This document shows positions 1-7,827 of a DNA stretch of 29,234 nt, piece after piece. This stretch comes from a virus. Lineage: Duplodnaviria; Caudoviricetes. The notes under the pieces are model-generated. The model saw only the letters and a list, made by a program, of their open reading frames with translations, was not told the origin of the DNA and did not search any database. The position numbers and the translations under genes were made by a program. The DNA is taken from the IMG/VR virus record IMGVR_UViG_3300033076_001163, positions 1-29,234 of that record, one strand, 5' to 3'. Each line of letters begins with the position of its first letter. Within the stretch, counting starts at the first letter, position 1.

Positions 1-245
1 GCTGGCATGAAAAGGCCGGTGCCAAGATACAGCGATCGGAACTGCTTCGAGCTTGATCCTAGATCGATCGCGTTATCCGTAAGGGGCGCAAGCGATACGC
101 GCAGCGCAGTGCTAAGCACTTTGCAAAGCGTAACCGCCTCCACTCCAGGGATGTAGGCGCGGGTAAGAGCCTGCGAACAGGCGTCAGCGTAAGCCGTGCC
201 TACCAGGGTAGACAAGGCAACCAATGCAGCAAGTATTTTTTTCAT
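1..245 (-). CDS. Partial (3'-truncated) protein with N-terminal signal peptide and fibre-like motif
   Basis: Not in ORF track. ATG at 245 after GAGG; reads MKKILAALVALSTLVGTAYA-DACSQ...APLTDNAIDLGSSSKQFRSLYLG and stays open to the window edge. Confidence 0.8.
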   Translation of the reverse strand, partial: MKKILAALVALSTLVGTAYADACSQALTRAYIPGVEAVTLCKVLSTALRVSLAPLTDNAIDLGSSSKQFRSLYLGTGLFMP

Positions 246-251
246 ATTCCT

Positions 252-971
252 CTAAACGGTTTCAATCTTCCGCGGCCGCCCGCGCTTCTTTGCTATTTCT
301 GTTCCAGCGTCGCCCGATACGATTGAGTCGGTTGGCGCTTCTGTCTCAATTCGATCGCCGCTCGCACTGAAAAGCATCGCTTTCATCGATTCGATCTGCT
401 GTTGCAGCTCGACGATCACTTTTTGGCTGGCTTCCTGCTCTCTCTTCAGAGCCATCACTTGCTCCAGCGACTTATTGCCAACCTGAGCTTTGACAAACGC
501 CCGAGCAAACTCGCGAACCTCGAAGCCGTGCGGGATTTGCCCGCAAAGTACATCCGAAGCATCCGCGAGCTGCTCGATCGTGTGGCACCCCAGAATTTTC
601 AGTTCTGTGGCGATGTGCTGCGATATGAAAGGAGCCTCTTCTACAGGAATCCCGACAGGACCCATCCGGCCCTCTCGAAACGCTCTGTAGTGCTTCCAAT
701 GCTCCCGCCTATGAAACTCTTCCGCATGGCCGTCAGTTTCGTTTGTATCCCCTGGCGTTTTGATGTGAACACACTCAACGATCTTCTCGTATGGCGTGAC
801 CTTTCCATCTGCTGCCTTGGCATAGCGGATCTCTTTTTTGTTGTAGAACCGCACATATTGACGACCGGGAGCCCCTCCGATTCTCTTGCCGTCCTGAATG
901 TCGTTAACATCCAATCCGTCAAGTGTCGGCGATCCGAAGGGGTTGAGAGATGTAAGCGGGTTAATTTGCAT
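252..971 (-). CDS. Phage protein of the head module with coiled coil and C-terminal AT-hook-like motif
   Basis: 239 aa, SD GAGGAG; contains GCHTIEQLADASD (helix-hairpin-like) and KKRGRPRK; lies downstream of the capsid/decoration genes. Confidence 0.8.
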   Translation of the reverse strand: MQINPLTSLNPFGSPTLDGLDVNDIQDGKRIGGAPGRQYVRFYNKKEIRYAKAADGKVTPYEKIVECVHIKTPGDTNETDGHAEEFHRREHWKHYRAFREGRMGPVGIPVEEAPFISQHIATELKILGCHTIEQLADASDVLCGQIPHGFEVREFARAFVKAQVGNKSLEQVMALKREQEASQKVIVELQQQIESMKAMLFSASGDRIETEAPTDSIVSGDAGTEIAKKRGRPRKIETV

Positions 972-997
972 GGTGGTTTTAGCTCCTCACTCGTTAA

Positions 998-1477
998 TTA
1001 GTCCTGACAGTTGGTCACAAGACGCTGAACGGCGATACAGTCGGCAGCCTCAGCGGTTGTGATTGTTTCAGTAAGGCAGAGACCGGCCACTAGATCGGTG
1101 GCGGCGTCATCCACAACGCCATCAACTCCAGTCGTGTACAACTTGACCGATCCGGCGCAGTTGAGCGCGGCGTTGACCTTAAACTTTGTTACGCCATCTT
1201 CTCGCAGGAAGAACGGACCAACCGGAGCCCAGAAGTACTCCAGATCCGCTACTGCGAACTGAGGCACGCAGCATAAAGTTGGTTTTGCGCCTGAAGTTGT
1301 GGTCGTTCCTTCCTCGGCGTCGAAGTCGTTTTGCACCGTGCAAAGCGAGTAAGCAGCAATGCTGCCCGCCGCTTTGAAATACATATAGGTTGCGCCCTTG
1401 ACGTTGATTTCTGTACCGACCGCCGCTTTAGCGGTGAGGCCGTCCGATGATGTTAGGTTGTAGTATCCATTTAACAT
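998..1477 (-). CDS. Probable capsid decoration/cement protein
   Basis: 159 aa, Ala/Thr/Gly-rich beta-type sequence immediately after the major capsid gene; SD AAGGAG. Confidence 0.65.
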   Translation of the reverse strand: MLNGYYNLTSSDGLTAKAAVGTEINVKGATYMYFKAAGSIAAYSLCTVQNDFDAEEGTTTTSGAKPTLCCVPQFAVADLEYFWAPVGPFFLREDGVTKFKVNAALNCAGSVKLYTTGVDGVVDDAATDLVAGLCLTETITTAEAADCIAVQRLVTNCQD

Positions 1478-1490
1478 GCGTTTCTCCTTT

Positions 1491-1520
1491 GAAATTAAAT
1501 GCCCCCCTTTTCAGGGGGGC
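1491..1520 (-). terminator. GC-rich hairpin after major capsid gene (weak terminator or mRNA stabiliser)
   Basis: Minus strand GCCCCCCT-GAAA-AGGGGGGC (1520-1501) followed by ATTTAATTTC. Confidence 0.6.
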
Positions 1521-1527
1521 TAGTTTG

Positions 1528-2505
1528 TTAGCTGTCCCACATAATGAAGGAGAGCCCGGCGCCGTTGCAGGTGAACTGCCCGATACCGACAGTGATGCTG
1601 ATGTCAACTAGCTGATTGACGGATACGCGATCGGGAACTGGTTGGAAGTTAAAGCCCTTGTACATCTTGAGGGCGAAGTTCTCCAACCGAATACCGTAGC
1701 AGCGATCGGTAGCGATGCGGCTCAGTCCCGAGAATACGCGGCCGTTAGCATTAACCATCGTCATGCCTTCGATCACGACGTTATCGAAGTTAGCTTCAAG
1801 CATTTCCTGATTCTGCGTGAAGCGCTGTTTGGCGCTCATCGCATCGCAGGCAGCGTTGAAGTAGGTTGATCCAGCAAGGCAAAGCTCTGGCCCACCCTGG
1901 CGGAGCACCTGATTCTTTGAGTACCGCAAGCGGGACTCGATATTAGATGCATCCGTTGATCCGGTGAAGGTGGTCGGAGCGTCAACCGATACGTTACGGA
2001 TCGCGGTGTAGTCAGTACGAGCAAGACCGCCGTAGCTTCCCGATGTAACGGTCTTAACGATGTAAGAACCAATGCCCGCGAAAGCCTTTCCGCCGTAGCC
2101 AGTACCATCACCCTGGAGATCCTCTTCCATGCTATTCATGAGAGAATCTTCAGCAACCTGATTGCGCTGTTCGAGGAGATCCAGAAACTTGGCATCGCCT
2201 TCGTTCTGGGCACGCTCGAGCGCGTTAATTACGACGGGCACGACGATGATTTTCGGTGAATATTGAAAACCGGTAATCGTTTGGTTGTAACCGATCGCGA
2301 TCTCTTCAGTCGCATCGATGCGCTGAACGTAGCTGTTCTGAGCGTATCGAATATCTTCCCAGATTTCGCGGCCGCCGCTAATGGTTTTGACATTCCCCTT
2401 CTTCTTCAACATGAAGAGAAGCGGGTTATTGTCTGTTACTGCATCTGATACTTTCTTTTCCCGCTGCTCCCATGCAACGGATTGAATTTCTGATAATCCA
2501 GCCAT
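1528..2505 (-). CDS. Major capsid protein
   Basis: 325 aa from ATG 2505 (track extends to 2532); N-terminus SDAVTDNNPLLFMLKKKGNVKTISGGREI resembles phage capsid proteins; directly follows scaffold gene. Confidence 0.88.
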   Translation of the reverse strand: MAGLSEIQSVAWEQREKKVSDAVTDNNPLLFMLKKKGNVKTISGGREIWEDIRYAQNSYVQRIDATEEIAIGYNQTITGFQYSPKIIVVPVVINALERAQNEGDAKFLDLLEQRNQVAEDSLMNSMEEDLQGDGTGYGGKAFAGIGSYIVKTVTSGSYGGLARTDYTAIRNVSVDAPTTFTGSTDASNIESRLRYSKNQVLRQGGPELCLAGSTYFNAACDAMSAKQRFTQNQEMLEANFDNVVIEGMTMVNANGRVFSGLSRIATDRCYGIRLENFALKMYKGFNFQPVPDRVSVNQLVDISITVGIGQFTCNGAGLSFIMWDS

Positions 2506-2547
2506 GTGGCCCCCATTGAGGAGTAGCCACACGCAAAACGATCGGGG

Positions 2548-3588
2548 CTACTCGTTATGCAACTGCCGTAGCGCCGCCTCTGCTGCTTCGCGGTACGTTT
2601 TGAACCGCTTCACAGGCTCAGATCGTGACGATGAAGGTGCACGACCTGGAACGGGCGCCGCTGCGCGCTTTGATTGAATTAAGTGCTGTTGCGTGCTCTG
2701 GGACTTGGTAGCTGCTGGGCTGTCGTCAACCTTGCCGCCGTAGAATCGATATGCTTCTTCAAGCACTCGATCTACAGTGAGGTTCGGGATGCGCGCCTGC
2801 AAATTGGCCAGGAATTGCCGAGATAAATCGGAATTCCCAGAAACCAAGGTGCCTATATTGCTGGCGAGCGCGAGACCCGATTCGGATTCATTCAGATCGG
2901 GGTATTTCGCTGTACCAGCCGCATTTTTTTGAGCTTCAAAATTGGTCCAAGCGGATGACAGGTTCTGCCGTGCGCTTGCCAGCTTTTGTTGCTGCTGCTC
3001 CATGATAAGCGCGTCGACGGCTTGTAGTCTAGCGGTGACTTCTGCGGGCAATTCCGCCGCGCCCTGCTTGCCGGTTTCGATCAGCTCTGCGGGTGGCTCA
3101 ATTCCACGCGATCGAAGATATGCGGCGGCAGCCTGTTTAGGATCCGACTCTTTCAATTCCTTCCAGAGCTTTACCGCCTTTTGTATGGCGACGGTTGGAG
3201 AATCCTTGACCCCCATGCTTTGCAGATACGGATTAACGTCATTTGCAAGCTCTTTCAGGTGATTGTATTCGGCGGCGGCTGTTTTGATGTCATTCAAACG
3301 CTGAGCGCGACTCTTGTGTAGGCGTAGCGCTGCCTCCTGTTGCTTGCGGGATAGCTGGGCGAAGTCGGCTTTTTCCTCAGCGGTCCACTCGCCTGGAGCC
3401 GCAAGCGCTGGCTCTGCTGGCTTTTCTGGCTCCTGCTTGGCTGGCGCTTCCTGCTTCTCTGGCGCGTCCTTGGGTGCTTCGATCTGTTCGATCGCCGCCT
3501 CCAGGGACTCGCGAAGCCCGAGCCCTTCCGTTGATTCTACTGGCTCAGCGGATTCCTGTTTATTTTCTGTAGCGTTTTCCTCTTGCAT
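2548..3588 (-). CDS. Capsid scaffolding protein
   Basis: ATG 3588 with SD GGAGG; acidic Glu/Pro/Ala-rich N-terminus, APGEW motif, coiled coil, basic C-terminal helix; immediately upstream of capsid gene. Confidence 0.8.
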   Translation of the reverse strand: MQEENATENKQESAEPVESTEGLGLRESLEAAIEQIEAPKDAPEKQEAPAKQEPEKPAEPALAAPGEWTAEEKADFAQLSRKQQEAALRLHKSRAQRLNDIKTAAAEYNHLKELANDVNPYLQSMGVKDSPTVAIQKAVKLWKELKESDPKQAAAAYLRSRGIEPPAELIETGKQGAAELPAEVTARLQAVDALIMEQQQQKLASARQNLSSAWTNFEAQKNAAGTAKYPDLNESESGLALASNIGTLVSGNSDLSRQFLANLQARIPNLTVDRVLEEAYRFYGGKVDDSPAATKSQSTQQHLIQSKRAAAPVPGRAPSSSRSEPVKRFKTYREAAEAALRQLHNE

Positions 3589-4003
3589 CTCTTTTCCTCC
3601 CTGCAACATTGAAGGCGTCCATTCCGGTGGCGGCGGAAATTATTTCATTCTGGCGACGGCAAAGAGCTTTCGTTTCTTCCGACATCGGCGCAGTGCCGTC
3701 ATCAACCATGCGCACGGCTTCCCGCATGCAGCGCTTCCAATCCTGGCGGCGCCTCTCTTCCTCACGGCGCGCCTTTGAGCTGTCTGGCGCTAGTTTCTTA
3801 TCGGTTGTGATCGTTCCGGTGGCCTTATCGATAGCTCGCAGTGTAGATCGCGAGTCCGTCCACTGGCCGGTGGCCGGGTGTCGGTATGGCTGGATCGTGT
3901 CGCTAATGAAGATTGGAGCATCACCAAAGTAGTCATGCTGAGGCACTGGGTAGCCCTCAACTACTTTCCCCAGCGCTTTATCGTAATGGTAAACCTTACC
4001 CAT
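3560..4003 (-). CDS. Hypothetical phage protein preceding scaffold
   Basis: 147 aa; ISDTIQPYRHPATGQWTDSRSTLR motif recalls small proteins between portal and scaffold; overlaps both neighbours. Confidence 0.75.
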   Translation of the reverse strand: MGKVYHYDKALGKVVEGYPVPQHDYFGDAPIFISDTIQPYRHPATGQWTDSRSTLRAIDKATGTITTDKKLAPDSSKARREEERRRQDWKRCMREAVRMVDDGTAPMSEETKALCRRQNEIISAATGMDAFNVAGRKRDARGKRYRK

Positions 4004-4178
4004 CGATCACCTCATCGATTCCTAGAAGCATCATTAGTAAATAGAAGTCATCGTCTTCTTCTTTAATGATCTTCTTTATCCTTTCCAGCTCAGCGCGATC
4101 CTTTTCATCCCATGCCGACTCGCCCGGCCCGCTTGGTGGCATCCACAGCGACGGCTTGAGGTAGTAAAGGATCGTCAC
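3996..4178 (-). CDS. Small hypothetical phage protein
   Basis: 60 aa, GTG start, tightly packed in operon; acidic-hydrophobic C-terminus EEDDDFYLLMMLL. Confidence 0.65.
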   Translation of the reverse strand: MTILYYLKPSLWMPPSGPGESAWDEKDRAELERIKKIIKEEDDDFYLLMMLLGIDEVIDG

Positions 4179-4180
4179 GT

Positions 4181-5152
4181 TTAGTCTCTGAACTCCCCAT
4201 CTCTGAAAGCCGGATTAATCACGCCCACGATCTTGCCCTTTACCCTCAACCCTACAGGCTCATGGCCCGCCTTGATGCTCAAGACATAGCCAAAGTCGGG
4301 CGCATAGTATCGATGACGCCCATCGGCGAACATGCCGTAGTAGGGGAGCTTAGCTATTACTCTTCCGCCCTTCACCAGCTCAATCTGCGGCGCCTCCACT
4401 GGGATTATGGCGACCGGCTTATATGCGCGAGGCTCTGGCGGGGTTTCGTGCCGATCTGCGTGCGATTTCCAGAGGTAATTTTTCGGCAGCTTTGTTTTGC
4501 CTTTGTTGCGGCGTAGGTACCAAACGGATTTAATCAGATCGGGGGTAGGCCATGCCTCACGATCGGGGCGGGGCGTTGGATCGCTGCTGTTCTTCCGCCC
4601 GTTAAATGCCGGGTGCCAGAACCAAAAGATTTCAGCTTTCTTATGCTTCCGCTTAAACGCGCTCACGTTGGCATCGACTGAGCTAGTGCCGTCAAAGCTG
4701 TAGCAATATTTGCCACGCGGCGCAGCATGATCGCCGTGTACCTCGTTTAGATACTTCTTGCTTATTCCACCCGTCCAAGGGGTATTAAGCGGCACGCATG
4801 ATGGCGCTTCCTTGGCTACGATGTCGAGATATTTATCAGGCGCCTTGATCTTATGCTCGCAAAATGGAGAAAGGTAGAATTTGATCTTGGGAAACGCCTT
4901 GGCCACCGCCTCATATTTCCGGGCGAGCTGAGCGATCTTTGGGATATCGGCGTCCCCAAAATCGTGCGAATCGCTCCAAAGTAGTTGGATCTTAAACGCG
5001 ACCGGCTTTGCTACTTGGCACGCCTTACGGACTGCCTTTTCCGCATCGCCAAACGTCAGAGCAAACGCCGATAGCGCCGCGCCCTTGGGAAGGGCTGCGA
5101 TAGCTTTGGCGTCGAATTGAGCTAGGCCGAGCGTGTCGAGTCCAAAGATCAT
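4181..5152 (-). CDS. Hypothetical basic protein, possible glycoside hydrolase-like TIM barrel
   Basis: 323 aa, SD AGGA with TAATG overlap; starts MIFGLD, alternating beta/alpha pattern, SPFCEH and LNEVHG motifs. Fold is inferred. Confidence 0.6.
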   Translation of the reverse strand: MIFGLDTLGLAQFDAKAIAALPKGAALSAFALTFGDAEKAVRKACQVAKPVAFKIQLLWSDSHDFGDADIPKIAQLARKYEAVAKAFPKIKFYLSPFCEHKIKAPDKYLDIVAKEAPSCVPLNTPWTGGISKKYLNEVHGDHAAPRGKYCYSFDGTSSVDANVSAFKRKHKKAEIFWFWHPAFNGRKNSSDPTPRPDREAWPTPDLIKSVWYLRRNKGKTKLPKNYLWKSHADRHETPPEPRAYKPVAIIPVEAPQIELVKGGRVIAKLPYYGMFADGRHRYYAPDFGYVLSIKAGHEPVGLRVKGKIVGVINPAFRDGEFRD

Positions 5153-5394
5153 TATTCCTGAACTCCCTGATCAATCGCGTCCTGAATCTCAGCGTCGGCA
5201 TCTGCAATCTTTGCAGCGATTGCATCAAGCTGAGCCGCTACCCGAGCCTGCTCGCGTGCGAGATTCGCACGGCGCGATCTAGCTTGTGCAAGCGTCAGCG
5301 GGATCGTTCTTGTCACGACACCACCAGGAACCGATAGAGTTTGCGTCAGCTCAAATTCTGTAGCACTGATTTTTACGACTGTACCTGCTGCCAT
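5152..5394 (-). CDS. Small coiled-coil protein, possible fibre assembly chaperone
   Basis: 80 aa, SD TAAGGAG; heptad-like C-terminal half; follows fibre-like gene. Confidence 0.65.
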   Translation of the reverse strand: MAAGTVVKISATEFELTQTLSVPGGVVTRTIPLTLAQARSRRANLAREQARVAAQLDAIAAKIADADAEIQDAIDQGVQE

Positions 5395-5404
5395 ATTTTT
5401 CTCC

Positions 5405-6349
5405 TTAACTTGTTACCTTCATGACTTTGGCGGTCATGTGCCACGCGATATTGGTAGTGGCTGCTCCCGTGACTTGCAAAAGCACGTTAGCACCGCTCCC
5501 CGCGAACGTTACGTCATACCCGGGGATATCTTCAGCGGTGAAGTCGTTACTAGTAGCGCCGATCTGGGTGGCGGTCCCGCCGATATTTTTCCAAGCTGAG
5601 ATCCTCTTGTATGCCGCGCCGTCATTAGCTGTCCCAGATACGCCACCCGTGCGGCGATTTACTACCACCGCCTCAATATACATCGTTGTGTTTGCATCGG
5701 CGGCAAACGTGTGAATCGTTGTAGGCGTTGCGTTTGTAGTGGCGACGTAATTCTGGATTGTTTCTTCTAGGATTGCGCCCGTTGCGGTCGTGCCGAGCCG
5801 CATAACTGGCGTGCCACCGGCTAAAGCCTGAGCGCGGAAAACTGGCTTTGTAGTCGTGTCGGTATCGCCTTTAATGTAGAAGCAATGCCCCATCGGCATT
5901 TCGGATGCGAGCGTGTTGAACGCATATTCCGCATCCCAACAGAACCACGTTCCTCGCCCCTCGTTTCCAAAGCCAGAGCGGTAGGTAGTAATGATGCCGG
6001 TGTTCGATCCCGCAGAATCGAAATAACTGCCGATGTACATTTGATCGCTGAAAAGGTTCAGTAATTCAGCATCCACCAGCGTCGAAAATTGTGAAAAGAA
6101 ACCGCAGTCTGATTTGGCCTGAAAGCCGGGATAGCTCACGGCAAGAAACGCCGACAGGTTGCTAGAGTCAGAAAACGACGCCGCGTTAGCACCAGCGATC
6201 AGTGTGCCGTTGAAGTCGGCATCAAAATACGCCTCACCAACTCCATTATTGGTATTCTGTAAGCGCCCGCCGTAGCTGAAGAGTAGATCGCCAGAGGTCG
6301 ACCCGGTGATAGGGCCAGTAACGTGAGGAATTGGCGTTTTGTAAATCAT
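5405..6349 (-). CDS. Fibre/spike-like structural protein
   Basis: ATG 6349 overlaps upstream stop (ATGA); Gly/Thr/Ala-rich; C-terminal beta domain TTNATPTTI...LQVTGAATTNIAW resembles phage fibre tips. Confidence 0.65.
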   Translation of the reverse strand: MIYKTPIPHVTGPITGSTSGDLLFSYGGRLQNTNNGVGEAYFDADFNGTLIAGANAASFSDSSNLSAFLAVSYPGFQAKSDCGFFSQFSTLVDAELLNLFSDQMYIGSYFDSAGSNTGIITTYRSGFGNEGRGTWFCWDAEYAFNTLASEMPMGHCFYIKGDTDTTTKPVFRAQALAGGTPVMRLGTTATGAILEETIQNYVATTNATPTTIHTFAADANTTMYIEAVVVNRRTGGVSGTANDGAAYKRISAWKNIGGTATQIGATSNDFTAEDIPGYDVTFAGSGANVLLQVTGAATTNIAWHMTAKVMKVTS

Positions 6350-7827
6350 GGCCATTCCGTCCAAAGGAGAGTAGCACTGCCGCTAGAAGTAATTGCGTTG
6401 ATCGCGCACGTTGGGATCGCATCGCCCATTAGTATTAACTCAGTGCCTGCTCTGAGAATTGTAGTAAACGCGGTAGTCGTAGCGGCTGCGGTGCCGAATG
6501 CTATATAGATGTCAGTTGTAGAACTTAGATTCCACAGCCAGAGCATTGTGCGCGTTGAATCTGCCACGATCGGATTAGAATTTACGCTCGTTATCGTTGC
6601 AGATGATTTCGTGGGATTCGTTGTAGTCGATTGAAACGGAATGGGTCGAACCAAAAGCCCACTATCGCTAATTCCCTGCGCTGTTGTTTGCTGGATCAGT
6701 TTATTGCCATTTCCATCCTGGCAATTGATTACCCCCGCGCCTACCTGTACCCATTGCCGACCGAGCGAATCGAGGCGCGGAACCGCATAATCATTACTCG
6801 CAGGGGTGAGAGTACCAGGTGCGTCTACCCGCTGCATAAGTGCAGCGACACCCGTGTCAGTAGCGCCCACGACGGAATCAATCGCCTTGCCTAAGTTGGT
6901 GGCCCCAGTGCCAGGTACTTCGCTTGTGATCGTTGTGCTCGTTAGCGTGACTGCGTGAGTGCCTACACCCGGCGCAGGCTCAGCCCCAAAGGTGGCAGCA
7001 TAGATGCCCACGTTCACAGTACCAGAAGAGAGCGCGGCCCTGTTAATTCTTATGTGCGTTGCGCCCGGTGCGTAAATCTTCCAGCCGCGCGAAGTGCTCG
7101 AAATGGTGCCGGTAGCACTTTCGACGGTGTTGGAATCTAGCCGCGTGCCTTGAATCGCAAAGTAGTTAACCTCGTTATCGTAGGAAACTTGCAGGTTGGC
7201 AGAAAACGAAGTGTAGGTACCGCTGATAATTAATGTGCATCCATTCGCGCCATTCAGCGCCAAACTGACACCGCCAGCAGAAACTGTTGTTATCGTTCCC
7301 GCGGTTGATGCTATGGCGCCAGGCACCACCGAAGCATTGCCAACCTGGCGAATATGCAAACCGCGCTCAGAGCCAGATGGGGTAGAGGTCGAGGAGGTGA
7401 GCGCGTTGCCTGCCCCGTCTCGCAACATTGCTGATGTCAGCAGCCCATTACCAAAACCACCGACCCAGTCGTCCGACTTTATCGGATTTACAGTCAAATT
7501 ATCAGCGGCTTCCATCCCCGCAGTCATAAGCGGGCGAGGCGTGGAAAAGTCGTCTAGCCAGACCTCCCACTTAGACGCAATGTCGGCAAGCTGCGCAATT
7601 TCCGACAGTTGATTTGCTGATGTTGCCGCACCGGTGGGAAGGGGGATCGTTCCGCTTAGCGTAGTCGGCAGCGGATTAGATGCCGACACTCTTGAGGGCG
7701 TGTACTCATCGCCAGACACCGCGCCTATATCGATCGCCACCGCTTGCCGCGTGCTGCCATCAGCCTGGCGATCAACGTCAACCGGATAAGATCCTAACGG
7801 ATTGTTAGCTACTTTTTGAGCCGTCAT
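6346..7827 (-). CDS. Fibre-like structural protein (head or portal associated)
   Basis: 493 aa, Ser/Thr/Gly/Ala-rich, modular (VSASNPLP, LPTGAATSANQ, PGTGATNLGKAID); ATGA-coupled to portal. Confidence 0.68.
   Translation of the reverse strand: MTAQKVANNPLGSYPVDVDRQADGSTRQAVAIDIGAVSGDEYTPSRVSASNPLPTTLSGTIPLPTGAATSANQLSEIAQLADIASKWEVWLDDFSTPRPLMTAGMEAADNLTVNPIKSDDWVGGFGNGLLTSAMLRDGAGNALTSSTSTPSGSERGLHIRQVGNASVVPGAIASTAGTITTVSAGGVSLALNGANGCTLIISGTYTSFSANLQVSYDNEVNYFAIQGTRLDSNTVESATGTISSTSRGWKIYAPGATHIRINRAALSSGTVNVGIYAATFGAEPAPGVGTHAVTLTSTTITSEVPGTGATNLGKAIDSVVGATDTGVAALMQRVDAPGTLTPASNDYAVPRLDSLGRQWVQVGAGVINCQDGNGNKLIQQTTAQGISDSGLLVRPIPFQSTTTNPTKSSATITSVNSNPIVADSTRTMLWLWNLSSTTDIYIAFGTAAATTTAFTTILRAGTELILMGDAIPTCAINAITSSGSATLLWTEWP

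Noticed and set aside
1501-1520. Lambda boxB-like hairpin
   Set aside because: It is an 8-bp stem with a GAAA tetraloop, with no boxA or N-like gene; a terminator or stabiliser is simpler.
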